A stretch of 64,000 bases of DNA from a virus (IMGVR_UViG_3300024346_000030:22968-86967); one strand, 5' to 3'; positions 1-10,692 are shown, numbered from the stretch's first letter. Program-made: numbers and translations. The notes: generated from the letters alone by a model not told the origin.

Positions 1-37
1 GACCATGGAACAAATGATCAATTTGGCGGGACAATAA
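1..37 (+). CDS. 3' end of an upstream gene (...TMEQMINLAGQ*), possibly a tail assembly chaperone
   Basis: Open frame ending TAA at 35-37. The position just upstream of the tape measure gene is where chaperones usually lie; function is inferred from position only. Confidence 0.3.
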   Translation, partial: TMEQMINLAGQ

Positions 38-47
38 TTAAATTTTG

Positions 48-54
48 GTGTAAT
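48..54 (+). promoter_or_regulatory. GTGTAA motif, putative phage late promoter for the tape measure operon
   Basis: AAATTTTG-GTGTAAT in the short intergenic gap, 27 nt before the ATG at 82. The same motif recurs upstream of other structural genes. Confidence 0.5.
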
Positions 55-81
55 TAGAACCAAGGATAAAAGGTTTCACCC

Positions 82-3000
82 ATGCCAGAATCAGTACCAT
101 TACCATTAAGAGGAGAATTAGAAAATGTTAGGCAGCTTGAAAGGCAGGTCCAATCATTAGCTAAAAAAGCTAGCAAAAATTTAAAAATAGATTTTGGTAG
201 TGGAAAGAAGAACATTGAAAGCTTATCTCAGCCTCTCGGTAGGATTACGGGAAAAGCCGACGAGTTTACAAAGTCAATGGAGGCAGCTAACGCTCGCGTT
301 ATTGCTTTCGGAGCTTCTGTTGGTATCCTTTCTGCGGTAACGCAAAGTTTTAAAGCATTAGTATCAACAACAATTGAAGTTGAACAAAAATTGGCTTCAA
401 TTAACGCCATTCTAAATACCAATGTCTCAGGCCTAGAGAAACTAAAAGGCCAAATTTTTGACATAGCTAGAAACACAGAACAAACATTCGATACTGTGGC
501 AGAGGCCGCACTTGAATTGTCTAGACAGGGTTTGTCTGCTTCTGAGGTAACGAAGAGACTGAACGACTCCTTGATTCTTGCTCGTTTGTCTGGTGTAGGT
601 GCAGCCGAGGCAGTTGGAAGTTTGACTGCTGCTGTTAACGGATTTTCTGCCTCTGGATTAACAACATCAGAGATACTCAACAAGGTTAGTGCCGCAGCAA
701 ACAAATTTGCTGTATCTGAAAGGGATTTGTTTGAAGGATTCAAGCGTTCGGCTTCTGTTGCTCAACAGGCTGGAGTAAGCCTAGATGAGCTTGGAGGTAT
801 TATTACTGCCGTCCAGCAAAAAACCGCCCGTGGTGGAGCTGTTATTGGAAACTCATTTAAAACAATTTTTACAAGGATTGGAAGATCCGAAAACCTAAAC
901 TTACTTGAATCTGTAGGTGTTCAAATTACTGACTTACAGGGTAATATACTTCCAGCAACAAAACTCATAGAGGGGTTAGCTCAACAATTATCTAGTTTAG
1001 ATGATGTACAGGTTAGATCAATAACTGAGAAGATTGGTGGAGGATTCCAGATAGCGCCGTTACTTGCTGCACTTCAAGATTACAGCTCTGAAAACTCAGT
1101 TGCTATTCAGGCCACTGAAGCTTTTGCCAACGCTACGGATGAGGCTTACAGAAAGAACATCGCTTTGAATCAGACGTTGTCTGCAGCTATACAGTCAACA
1201 TCTTTGACTGTAAAAGAGTTGGCTAATACTCTTGGTGAACTAGGTATTACAGATGTATTTGGCACTCTTTTGAGTTCTGTACAGAGTCTTATCTCAAATA
1301 TAACAGACTTGTTACAAGGGGATGGGCTAGGTTCTACTTTTGCAAGAGGTTTTGTTAAGGGTGTTAGTGGTTTAATACTACCAGCTATTGGTTTGGTGTT
1401 GGTAATTATAGGAAAGTTATCAAAAGACTTGATTAAGTTTGGCATAGATTCCCTCAAAACATTTTTGGGTCTTGGCAACGCAGCAGAAAGACTTAAGTCC
1501 GTAGAGCAAAAAACATTTCAGGTACTCCTTAACAATGAAGCTGTAAGGAAACAAATTTTAGCTATAGAGAACTCATCTATAACCGTTGAACAGAAAAGAT
1601 TACTGCAGTCGGAGCTTTTTACAAAATCTCTATTAGGGCAAAGAACTCTTCTACAAGAACTGCAACAAATATCAGCTAGGGTTGCTCCTGGGATAATTGC
1701 TGGTGTTGGAGCTGGTAAGTCTAGGGTTGGGCGGAGTGCTGGTGGATTTTTACCAGTAGGAGCCGAGAAGAGTGATATTTCAAGAGGTGTAGGAGGAGCT
1801 CCTTCTTCAGCTAAACCAGTTGTTATTCCTAACTTCGCATTTGGCGGAGGACAAAAAGGAACAATGGTCGCTAATAGTAGTGAATATATAGTTCCTAACT
1901 TTGCTGGTGGTGGATCTGCTATATTTAACCAAGACATGGTTAAGTCAATGGGCTTACCAAGTGGAGCAAAGAAGATAAACGCGGCTGGAGGGTTTATACC
2001 AAACTTTGCTTTTGGAAATTCGTATAGTTTAGATAGGATTGAAAACAGAAGCACCCCTTCTGATTTTTATTCAAAGGGTGTACTAAAAGATTCGGCTAGA
2101 AATTTTATAGACAAAAACCCAAAAGACCCAAGAGCTGCAGCTATTTTAGCTAAAGACCCAAAGAAAAAAGCAGCAGGTCAATTAGATTTATCTGTTAACG
2201 GCAGAAGATATGGAATAGCTTCTATAGGTACCGACCTTAAAGCTGGTAACGAAACACCATTCGATATAGCCCCAAAACCTTTATCCTCTTTTGCATCCTC
2301 TTCATCTTTATCTTCTCCGACAGCTAAGGCTTTGATTGAGCAAGGTTATAACACAATAAGTTTTAGAAAGGTTCAGGTAAAATCTTTACAAGAGAACGAG
2401 TTACAAAATGCTGTAGAAAAAAACAGAAATAGGCTTTTTGATTATTTTTTACAACCACTAGCATCTTACGGCAAGGACTTGCTGGGTAGTTCTGGGCTAT
2501 TCAAAGGTAACGATCTTAATGATGCCACAAAACTTATAGACACAAAGAATAATAAGAAATTATTTTCTAAAGGTGCCGAAGGAGGAATATTTGAGTCTGC
2601 CGTTGATTTAATAACAAAGGGGATTTCTGGCTTGCCTTCAATCGGAGACTCAGAAACCTCTCCTTTTGATTTCGAAGAAACTGGATCTGCTTCAAGCGAG
2701 CTAAAAAAGGCTTTTGGTTTTAGTAATGCATTAAAAAAGGCAGACGCCAAAAGAACAGCCTCCACTACTACTGTTGGTAGTGTAGTAGGTAAAGCTTTAA
2801 GGGATGGAGAAGAATCTTCATACATAAAAAGTTTAGCTAAAAGAAGGTTAAAATCGGTCGCCAAAAAAGCATCTACTGGCTACATCCCTAACTTTGCAAT
2901 GAGTCCTATCGATGACGCTATTCAACGCGAAAAAGATGCTGGAGTTCCTGTCAATCAAATTAGAATAAATCAAAGCGGCAAATTAAGAAGCAGCCAAAAC

Positions 3001-6000
3001 CCAAATGGTGTTGCTGTTACTAATACAAGAGATGAACCTACTGGAAGAATACCTCAAACTGCGGCTAGAGGTTTTGTTCCTAACTTTGTGGGGACTTTCA
3101 TGGCAGATAGCGCTCGCAAAGCCAACAAAAACAGCAATAACTCAAACGGAGGAAATAGTGATAATGGTGAAGCTGCGAGTGACGCTTCTGGTAGACTTTT
3201 TGCATTAAGTACTGCAGCGTTTGTTTTGCAGGGAGCTTTTAGTAGTGTCGGTGAGGAAGCCACAGGAGCATCCAAAACAATGTCTGAACTAGCGGCGGGA
3301 GCCTCAAAGGCTGTTACTACTCTTTTACTTTTACAGGGTTTTGGTGTTAAATTGGGTAGGGGTCAGGGATTTATACCAGAAAAGACGCCATCGCTTGGAC
3401 TTGGGGAGGACGGAAAAATTGGTAAAATTTTTGGAGTTCTCGGTAAGGTTCTGCCTGGTTTAGGTAAGGGGTTTGGCTTTTTTGCAAAGCTTCTTCCTAG
3501 ATTAATTCCTGGAGTAGGACAGGCTGTTATTGCGTTCCAGATTTTATCACCAATCATAAAATCGCTTGCTAATAAATTTAAACCACTTGGAAATGCTCTA
3601 GATTACTTTAAAGATAAATTACTTGAGTTTGCGGGCCTTATACCTGGAATTGATTCTCCCCAAGAAAGAGAAGCAAAAAAAAGAGCAAAAGAATCGAAAA
3701 CAGATCTTTCAAAGATACTTACTAATAAAGAATTTGGTAAAAATATTTTTGCTGGCAAAAACAGAAGAGCAGACGAGATAAGGAGGGGAGTTGCAGATGA
3801 AAACACAGGTACTGATCAAGCAGGTAAGGATCAGGTTTTAGTTAACTCAATAGAGAGGGAAATAAGCAGAATATCACCTACGGCTGAAACTTCAGACACC
3901 GTTAACGGTATTATTGCTACATTTTCAGAATTTCAAAGATCGACTCTTGCTGATGACCCAGGAAGTTTAGAGCGGTTAATAAACCAACAACTTTCGAAGT
4001 TACCACAAGATAAGCAGGGGCAGTTTGGCAAAGTTACAGATGCTATATCGGAGAAAAAAGCTCAACTTAAGTCAGAAAAACGACCAGAATCAAGAACAAG
4101 GATTAAACAAGAATTAATTGAACAAGAAAAAATTAGAGAGAGTTTAGTCGACCTTCTTTTGAAGGAAGCCAAGGTTGCCGAAGAGACAGAACAAATAGAA
4201 ATAAGAAAAATATCAACCCTTAAAGCTATAGACGATTTAAGAAGAAGTGCGTTTCTTTCTGCTTCAAAAGCATTGATTGGAACTACTAGTGAGCTTGAAT
4301 TTCAATTGAAACTTCAAAATTCTCTAAAACAAACTTCTGACTTAACAAAGTCTTCAAGCGAAAGACAACTGAGATCCATAGATCAAGAAAAGAAAAAAAG
4401 AATAGAGCTTTTAGATGTTTTTGATGCGTCTGTAACTCAGAATAAAGAGCTTCAAGTAAGTGCTCTGCCTGGAGGTAAACTTATTAAGGATTCAGACATA
4501 AAGCGAAGAGATGATGCTTTGGCATCGGCTAGATTTCAGGTTCAAGAAACTGGAACATTTGATGAGAATCAATTAAGAAGTGAACTTGAAAATTCTGGCT
4601 TAGTAAAAGGCAATCTAGAAGATATCATTAAATTAGCCAAGGAAAGTTTTAAAATAAGAAGCGCAGAAATAAATGCACAGAACGCGGAAATAAATATACA
4701 AAAAGAAAACTTAAAACTGATTAAGCTTGCTGTCCAAGAAGAAAAAAATAGAGAAACTATTACCCAGAGGATACTGGATCTAAAAGGAGAGGAATTAAGT
4801 AGACAGCGAACTAGCGCCGAAATTCAGAGGGATCTGGATATAAGCAACATAAAGCTAAAAGGTGGATCTATACAGAGCGAAGGACAAGCATTCGCCCAAG
4901 AAAAAGCAATAAACAATGTAAACAAAAACTTTACACGTAACGACTTTGAAAGACAGCGAGGATTGGCACAGGAAACCTTACTAAAAGATGTCATAAACAC
5001 ATTGAAGGATCAGGGTGTTAACGTAGATAGAGCCACACAAGGAAGCTTAAGAGAAAGCCTTCAAGGAGAAGGAGGATCATTAGGTAGTTTTAAGCAAGCT
5101 GCCGATAAACTTGTTACAGACTTAAACACAGAAAGAAAGCAAGAGAAAACAGATGCCATACAAGCAAAAATAGAAGCTAAGGAATCTTTGTTACAAAATA
5201 TAAGGCTAAATCAAAACATAAGCAATAAGAATAGAGATGCTGCAGATATACAATTACAAGCTGCTAAATTAAATCTTCAGGCTTCCGATCCAGCTGCAGC
5301 CGCCAATGAAAACTCTTTTGGATCTTTGACTCTGTCTGAGTTGCGGGAAAAATTATCAAAAATTCAAAGTGATACATTATCTAAAAGAGATGAATTGGGT
5401 AGGTTGTCGGGAGAGTTTGGTCCTGGTAAAGAAACCGATGAACAAATAAAATTAATAAAAGCAAATAACGAACTAGAATCCACTATTCAAGCTTTTATAA
5501 AGATAAGAGCATCAAATGCAACTGTTGTTTTTGACAAAACATTAGAAAAATCGGTTAAGGCAGGTCTAACTGGTTTGAAGGAGGATCTTGCAGCTGCTAA
5601 AAAAGAAACTGGTAGCGGCGCTACAGGTATAGACAGTTTTACATCCTCTTTAAAAGATTACGAAGCAAAAAGAGCGGGTCTTGAAAAGCTTGAAAGAATA
5701 GCTCTTAACGATTTTGAATTAGCGATAAGAGACGCTTCTGGTGGCCTTACAATATTTGGTAATCTTTTGTTAAAGGAGATTGCTAATTCTGAACCAAGAA
5801 GACAGCAGGCTCTTTTTCAAGCAAAAACCAGTACAGACCCAAGTCAAATACTTTCAGGTTTGATTGGAGCTAGAAGAGAGTCGGTACTTCAGTCTAGTGG
5901 TAGTGTAGCAGAAGCGAATGAATCTCAATTATTGCTTGAGAAAAAATTAACCTTAATAGAGGCTACAAGTACAGCCCAAAGAATACAAGCAGAGGAAGAA

Positions 6001-7854
6001 TATAATATTAATCTGCAAATATTAAAGATAAGGTCAACTATAAATAAATCTTCGACACCAGATGAAATTGAAGCTGCCGTCAAGAGGATAAAAACCCTGC
6101 TAGCAGAGCCCGACACACTTGGACAAGGACTTGTTAAGGCTCTGGCTGTAGACGGCACTCAGGCGTCCTTAAACATAAGGAACACACTTATTGATGGTGC
6201 TGTTCAATTCAAGGATACTTTAATTGACGGAATTTTAGAAGCCACACAAAGAGGGGGCGATCTAAAGGACATACTTTTAGGTGCAGCCACTGAATTCTTA
6301 AACAAAATTGCAAGAACGCAATTAGATAATGCTTTTGGTGGTATTGCCGATGCAATAGGAATTGTTACGGGGAGCATAAAAAAACGTGCTTCTGGTGGAA
6401 TGATTAATGGAGGTTCTGGCACAAAGGACGATGTTCCTGCTCTCTTAATGGGTGGAGAATACGTAGTCAGAAAAAGTGCTGTAGAAAAATATGGACCATC
6501 TTTCATGGATCAGATCAACGGAGGAAAGATAGAAAAATTTGCCTCAGGAGGTCTTGTCGGTGGAAACTTTGCAGATATATATGGGAGACCATTTGAAGCC
6601 AACACTAGAAATAGATTTGAGTCTTCAAGCGCTTATGGCAATCCTCTTGAAAGCGGTAAATTGGCTGTACAAACTGGGCAAGGCGGGTTCTTCGGCCCTG
6701 GTATACGTGGAGGAGGAGCCATAAAAGGAGCTGATGATTTGATTGCTTTTGCTGGTCAAGGTTTTACACAGGGTTTAAGTGATACTAAAAGATTTAGCAG
6801 TGCAAGAGGTGGAGGAGCAGCTTCAATAGACCTAGAGCCTGAAAGCGTAAGGCTAACAAACTTTGGAAGATCTAGAGGGGCACCGTTACAAAGATTGACT
6901 CAGGAATCAAAAGGTCAAGCTTTCGACGCTTTCACAAAAGAAAATAGTGAAAGAACAAGGCTTAAGCTGGAAGAAAAACAGAGGAAAAAAGAAAGAAAAG
7001 ATGCGTTTAAAAACGCAATCATCGGCGCTGTTGTTAGTACTGTATTCGGTGCTATAGCACAGTCGGCTACAGCTGGATTCCAAAACAAGTTTGCAGAAAC
7101 AAGGGTACAGGGCGGCGGCGCTGGCAATCTTTTAAAATCTATAGGCTCTGGACTTAAGGGTGTATTCACTGGAGGGGAAATAAAAGGTCTTGATGGGAAC
7201 TTTGGTGGTCTTGTTAATATATTCAGTGAAAAAGGAAACCTCACAACTACAAACTTATCATCGTTCTTCGAAAAAAACCCAACTAGTAAAATTGCTGATC
7301 AGTATATAGCTAATAACCCTAATAGCCCGTTAGCTAAAGAGGTTATTAATAACAGATTGCTTTCTACCTCTCTTGGTGAAAATGCATCGTTCTCTAGCAG
7401 TGCTCTTAGTAGAGAGGCTAGGAATAATGCTAAGGAGATAACTATAAGTCGGGCTACTGGAGGTTACGTTCCATCTACCGCTGGTATTGATAACGTTCCT
7501 ACGATGCTCTCTGGAGGAGAGTTTGTAATGAACTCTGCAGCAACACAAAGAATTGGGCAAGGAAATCTTGAAAACCTAAATGCTGGATTCCAGGAAGCAC
7601 AAACAGAAAATTCAGAAGAACTTTTGGACAAAATTCAAGAACTTATAGACATCAATAAAGAGTCTGGTGGAGGGTCTGGAGATATCAGCATTACGGTTAA
7701 TTCTACGTCATCAGGTGCGTCTAGTGGAGAATCCGAAGAGTCCTCTGATGGAACAAGTAAAAAAGACCAAGAGCTTGCAAGAAAAATCAAGGATCAGGTT
7801 CTTCAGGTTATCAATGAAGAAAAAAGACTTGGAGGAACACTTAGAAGGATATAA
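82..7854 (+). CDS. Tail tape measure protein (TP901/PhageMin_Tail-type core), 2590 aa
   Basis: N-terminal core (IFDIARNTEQTFDTVAEAALELSRQG...TAVQQKTARGGAVIGNSFKTIFTRI), long Ala/Gly/Lys-rich helical body, and C-terminal A(S/T)GG..G...D.VP.LL.GGE.V motifs typical of tape measure proteins. Followed by tail genes. Confidence 0.93.
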   Translation: MPESVPLPLRGELENVRQLERQVQSLAKKASKNLKIDFGSGKKNIESLSQPLGRITGKADEFTKSMEAANARVIAFGASVGILSAVTQSFKALVSTTIEVEQKLASINAILNTNVSGLEKLKGQIFDIARNTEQTFDTVAEAALELSRQGLSASEVTKRLNDSLILARLSGVGAAEAVGSLTAAVNGFSASGLTTSEILNKVSAAANKFAVSERDLFEGFKRSASVAQQAGVSLDELGGIITAVQQKTARGGAVIGNSFKTIFTRIGRSENLNLLESVGVQITDLQGNILPATKLIEGLAQQLSSLDDVQVRSITEKIGGGFQIAPLLAALQDYSSENSVAIQATEAFANATDEAYRKNIALNQTLSAAIQSTSLTVKELANTLGELGITDVFGTLLSSVQSLISNITDLLQGDGLGSTFARGFVKGVSGLILPAIGLVLVIIGKLSKDLIKFGIDSLKTFLGLGNAAERLKSVEQKTFQVLLNNEAVRKQILAIENSSITVEQKRLLQSELFTKSLLGQRTLLQELQQISARVAPGIIAGVGAGKSRVGRSAGGFLPVGAEKSDISRGVGGAPSSAKPVVIPNFAFGGGQKGTMVANSSEYIVPNFAGGGSAIFNQDMVKSMGLPSGAKKINAAGGFIPNFAFGNSYSLDRIENRSTPSDFYSKGVLKDSARNFIDKNPKDPRAAAILAKDPKKKAAGQLDLSVNGRRYGIASIGTDLKAGNETPFDIAPKPLSSFASSSSLSSPTAKALIEQGYNTISFRKVQVKSLQENELQNAVEKNRNRLFDYFLQPLASYGKDLLGSSGLFKGNDLNDATKLIDTKNNKKLFSKGAEGGIFESAVDLITKGISGLPSIGDSETSPFDFEETGSASSELKKAFGFSNALKKADAKRTASTTTVGSVVGKALRDGEESSYIKSLAKRRLKSVAKKASTGYIPNFAMSPIDDAIQREKDAGVPVNQIRINQSGKLRSSQNPNGVAVTNTRDEPTGRIPQTAARGFVPNFVGTFMADSARKANKNSNNSNGGNSDNGEAASDASGRLFALSTAAFVLQGAFSSVGEEATGASKTMSELAAGASKAVTTLLLLQGFGVKLGRGQGFIPEKTPSLGLGEDGKIGKIFGVLGKVLPGLGKGFGFFAKLLPRLIPGVGQAVIAFQILSPIIKSLANKFKPLGNALDYFKDKLLEFAGLIPGIDSPQEREAKKRAKESKTDLSKILTNKEFGKNIFAGKNRRADEIRRGVADENTGTDQAGKDQVLVNSIEREISRISPTAETSDTVNGIIATFSEFQRSTLADDPGSLERLINQQLSKLPQDKQGQFGKVTDAISEKKAQLKSEKRPESRTRIKQELIEQEKIRESLVDLLLKEAKVAEETEQIEIRKISTLKAIDDLRRSAFLSASKALIGTTSELEFQLKLQNSLKQTSDLTKSSSERQLRSIDQEKKKRIELLDVFDASVTQNKELQVSALPGGKLIKDSDIKRRDDALASARFQVQETGTFDENQLRSELENSGLVKGNLEDIIKLAKESFKIRSAEINAQNAEINIQKENLKLIKLAVQEEKNRETITQRILDLKGEELSRQRTSAEIQRDLDISNIKLKGGSIQSEGQAFAQEKAINNVNKNFTRNDFERQRGLAQETLLKDVINTLKDQGVNVDRATQGSLRESLQGEGGSLGSFKQAADKLVTDLNTERKQEKTDAIQAKIEAKESLLQNIRLNQNISNKNRDAADIQLQAAKLNLQASDPAAAANENSFGSLTLSELREKLSKIQSDTLSKRDELGRLSGEFGPGKETDEQIKLIKANNELESTIQAFIKIRASNATVVFDKTLEKSVKAGLTGLKEDLAAAKKETGSGATGIDSFTSSLKDYEAKRAGLEKLERIALNDFELAIRDASGGLTIFGNLLLKEIANSEPRRQQALFQAKTSTDPSQILSGLIGARRESVLQSSGSVAEANESQLLLEKKLTLIEATSTAQRIQAEEEYNINLQILKIRSTINKSSTPDEIEAAVKRIKTLLAEPDTLGQGLVKALAVDGTQASLNIRNTLIDGAVQFKDTLIDGILEATQRGGDLKDILLGAATEFLNKIARTQLDNAFGGIADAIGIVTGSIKKRASGGMINGGSGTKDDVPALLMGGEYVVRKSAVEKYGPSFMDQINGGKIEKFASGGLVGGNFADIYGRPFEANTRNRFESSSAYGNPLESGKLAVQTGQGGFFGPGIRGGGAIKGADDLIAFAGQGFTQGLSDTKRFSSARGGGAASIDLEPESVRLTNFGRSRGAPLQRLTQESKGQAFDAFTKENSERTRLKLEEKQRKKERKDAFKNAIIGAVVSTVFGAIAQSATAGFQNKFAETRVQGGGAGNLLKSIGSGLKGVFTGGEIKGLDGNFGGLVNIFSEKGNLTTTNLSSFFEKNPTSKIADQYIANNPNSPLAKEVINNRLLSTSLGENASFSSSALSREARNNAKEITISRATGGYVPSTAGIDNVPTMLSGGEFVMNSAATQRIGQGNLENLNAGFQEAQTENSEELLDKIQELIDINKESGGGSGDISITVNSTSSGASSGESEESSDGTSKKDQELARKIKDQVLQVINEEKRLGGTLRRI

Positions 7855-8648
7855 TGTTTGATTTAAAATTAAATGACGAAGTTAGATTCTTCTTGGGCGG
7901 CTATGAGTTGTCTGGGGTAGAATCTCTTTCTGTTGTAAACTCAAGCACAGCTTCAAATATATTTCCACTTGGAACTAGAAGAGGCTTAACCTCTGTGGAT
8001 TCAAAGCAGTCTCAGTCCGTTAGTTTTTCTAGGTATCTTACTTATGAAGACCCTGTTTTAGATTATACTGGTGTATTACCTATTTCTGGTGATGTGTATT
8101 ACGAAAATTCTCACTACGGTTTTGCCTCTTCCTATTTGTCTAGTTATGCGGTTAATTGTGCCGTAGGTGCTGCACCTAGAGTTTCTGTAACATTAGATGT
8201 GCTTGATGAGATGTCAATAGACCTAGACACAAGCAATAATCTTTTACCGCTGCAACACCCTCCGATAGATATCCCCTCTCAGGGGTCTATTGTTGCTACT
8301 TGCGAGCAGTCTGCGACAAACAGAATAACAAGCTTTAATTACTCTTTAAAACCAAGAAGAAAATATTATTATACAATAGGTTCTAATGTTCCTTCTGCAG
8401 TAGAAAGATTTTCACCTATGGAATATTTAGCTGATATAACAATAGATGTGGATGACGCTTTTCTACAGGACGGGTTTTCCTTTTTGGAAGAAAGAGAAAA
8501 CAAAAATGTATCACTATCTATAAACGGTAGAAACGGGTTGCCAATACAAACTTTAACGGTTCCTAACGCAAGTTTAATTTCCGAGAACTTGTCGGTATCT
8601 TCCGAAGGAGGGGCAACATTAACACTAAACTATAAGGGTCATATTTAA
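7854..8648 (+). CDS. Tail tube-like structural protein (paralog of 9591..10691)
   Basis: Beta-rich two-lobed sequence. ITSFNYSLKPRRKYYYTIGS..PMEYLADITIDV aligns with LQNFNFSFSLDRVDLYGLGS..YPVRGSVTINSV of the 366-aa ORF. Stop/start overlap with the tape measure gene. Confidence 0.55.
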   Translation: MFDLKLNDEVRFFLGGYELSGVESLSVVNSSTASNIFPLGTRRGLTSVDSKQSQSVSFSRYLTYEDPVLDYTGVLPISGDVYYENSHYGFASSYLSSYAVNCAVGAAPRVSVTLDVLDEMSIDLDTSNNLLPLQHPPIDIPSQGSIVATCEQSATNRITSFNYSLKPRRKYYYTIGSNVPSAVERFSPMEYLADITIDVDDAFLQDGFSFLEERENKNVSLSINGRNGLPIQTLTVPNASLISENLSVSSEGGATLTLNYKGHI

Positions 8649-9589
8649 TGTCTGAAGAATATTTTTATAATAGAGTAGCCAACTTTTCTGGTGTTTCTAC
8701 AGTAGACCTTACAGGCAAAAAACCTGACTACGGTTCAACTGTTAATTTTACTGCCACAAATTTAAAATTAGATGTCCATGATAATCATTTATATGTTATA
8801 CCGCTTGGTATTAATAGTTTAAAGGCTTCATTTAATCTTTTATATAAAACAAGTGAATCTGGTGCTAGGGAATTAGCAAACACGTTTGAGCAATCAAGTG
8901 GAACAAATACTATATCCTTTTCTGTAGATGGAGACATTTACAAAAACAACTTTGGTTACTGCGACGCATATGCAATAAATCACAAAAGCTTAGACGATAT
9001 AGAAGTTGCAGCTTCAATACAGGTTTCTGACGCGCCGAACATACTGAACTGGAGTGGTACAAGTTTTCTTAATTACGAATTAGAAAAGTGGTCTGGTTCT
9101 AAAAGTTATGAAACATTTGATATAGTTTATACTGGAGTAAACCAAAACAAGCTTAATAATTTTTATTACTGCACTGGCGACCATGTTTCTTCTCCAGAAA
9201 ATTCTCCAACTGGAGTCAATTCTGCTTGGGGGAGCGATACTGATTTTTTCTGGTGTCCAGACGCTGGACTGCAGAACGAGGTTACATTTGATACCGTAAA
9301 GTTTGGAGAAAGGTATATAAAAAGACAAACGGTCAAAAAGAACACAGCACTAGTACCTATATCTTATAATTTTACAGATTTGCCTACCAAGCAGGCTTTT
9401 TCATTATTACATTTTTTAGAAAATAAAGCTGGTTATAGGAGGTTTAGGCATTTAATACCATCTGTATATAACAGGCCTAAAGTTTATATATGTCAAGACT
9501 GGACCCATGAGTTCAAGTCGTTTAATGCTCATAATATACAAGTTTCTTTCATAGAAGATCCCTTAGGTATAATTTACGAAGACAGTTAA
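8648..9589 (+). CDS. Minor tail protein, lambda gpM-like (distal tail), two tandem domains
   Basis: C-terminal half FFWCPD...VKFGERYIKR...LLHFLENKAGYRRFRH.IP...YICQDWTH...HNIQVSFIEDP matches the gpM pattern. N-terminal half (PDYGSTV..PLGINSLKASFNL..ARELANTFE) is a second degenerate copy. Confidence 0.7.
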   Translation: MSEEYFYNRVANFSGVSTVDLTGKKPDYGSTVNFTATNLKLDVHDNHLYVIPLGINSLKASFNLLYKTSESGARELANTFEQSSGTNTISFSVDGDIYKNNFGYCDAYAINHKSLDDIEVAASIQVSDAPNILNWSGTSFLNYELEKWSGSKSYETFDIVYTGVNQNKLNNFYYCTGDHVSSPENSPTGVNSAWGSDTDFFWCPDAGLQNEVTFDTVKFGERYIKRQTVKKNTALVPISYNFTDLPTKQAFSLLHFLENKAGYRRFRHLIPSVYNRPKVYICQDWTHEFKSFNAHNIQVSFIEDPLGIIYEDS

Positions 9590-9590
9590 A

Positions 9591-10691
9591 ATGGATAGGG
9601 TTAATTTAAAAAGTAACAATACTGCAGTTTTGGCTGGTACATCTCCAGCTTTTAAGACTGTTGATGAAACGGCAATTCTATTTGGTGGAGTACAATCTAG
9701 TTCTTTTTCTATACCTGGAAACAGAGAAGTAAAAAAACAAGTTGGATCTTGTTATTATGCTGTTGATGATCTACCAAGACATCCAGATATAGATTTATCT
9801 ATTAATTATCTTTATTCTCCAAGCATGGAAAATGAAAAGATTTTAGGTTTGAACGCAGATTACACTAGCATAGATTTATTACCGTCAAGTCTCGATGGGT
9901 CTTTTGTTTCTGGAGTTGAGTTGTTTTCTAATAACTTTTATTTTTACAATCATCCAGACCAGGGTTCAGACGCTATAGAATATTTAACATCCAGTGAAAT
10001 AACAAATCCTAACAGCGGAGAAATAATATCATTTGGTAATTGTTTTTTGACTGATTATGGTATTTCTTTTGAAGTTGGTAATTTACCCACTGTTTCTACT
10101 AGCTATAAATGTTCGAATATGAAGGCTGAACTTTATACTGGTAATATAGAAATGCCATCTATAAACTTATCTTCTGGAAACAATATAGGCGTAGGCGATT
10201 TAGATTTTACTGGTTTATTAACCAAGAGGGAAAATTACTTGGGTTTAGGAATAGATGTAGACTTGGCTAACCCTAAAACAGTAGAACCAGGGGATTTACA
10301 GTTATTTTTAGAAGATCTTCAGGTAGGAGGACAAAGTTTATTACAGTCAAAGCAGATTTTACAAAACTTTAATTTTAGTTTCAGTTTAGATAGGGTTGAT
10401 CTTTATGGATTAGGATCTGATTATGTCTTCAATAGAAAAGTCCAGTATCCAGTCAGGGGCAGTGTTACTATAAACTCTGTTGTAGCCAATTATGAAACTG
10501 GGTTTATTTCAGGAATGCTTAAGGATGAATCAAGTTACGATTTTACTATAAAAGCTTTAGACTGTGAACAAATTGTGGAGTGTGAATTTAATTTTGATGA
10601 TTTGAAGCTTGAGACATTTAACTATTCCTTAGATGTGAATAATGATATGCAATACTCTGCTTCTTTTTCTTTTGCAATGTATAATAAATAA
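9591..10691 (+). CDS. Major tail tube-like structural protein
   Basis: Beta-strand-rich with an internal two-domain repeat (GGVQSSSFS..R..KQVG / LQNFNFSFSLDR..LYGLG), located in the tail operon. Confidence 0.6.
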   Translation: MDRVNLKSNNTAVLAGTSPAFKTVDETAILFGGVQSSSFSIPGNREVKKQVGSCYYAVDDLPRHPDIDLSINYLYSPSMENEKILGLNADYTSIDLLPSSLDGSFVSGVELFSNNFYFYNHPDQGSDAIEYLTSSEITNPNSGEIISFGNCFLTDYGISFEVGNLPTVSTSYKCSNMKAELYTGNIEMPSINLSSGNNIGVGDLDFTGLLTKRENYLGLGIDVDLANPKTVEPGDLQLFLEDLQVGGQSLLQSKQILQNFNFSFSLDRVDLYGLGSDYVFNRKVQYPVRGSVTINSVVANYETGFISGMLKDESSYDFTIKALDCEQIVECEFNFDDLKLETFNYSLDVNNDMQYSASFSFAMYNK

Positions 10692-10692
10692 C

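Noticed and set aside
228-7560. Minus-strand ORFs within the tape measure gene
   Set aside because: Fully nested antisense to a clearly conserved gene, with no recognisable motifs.
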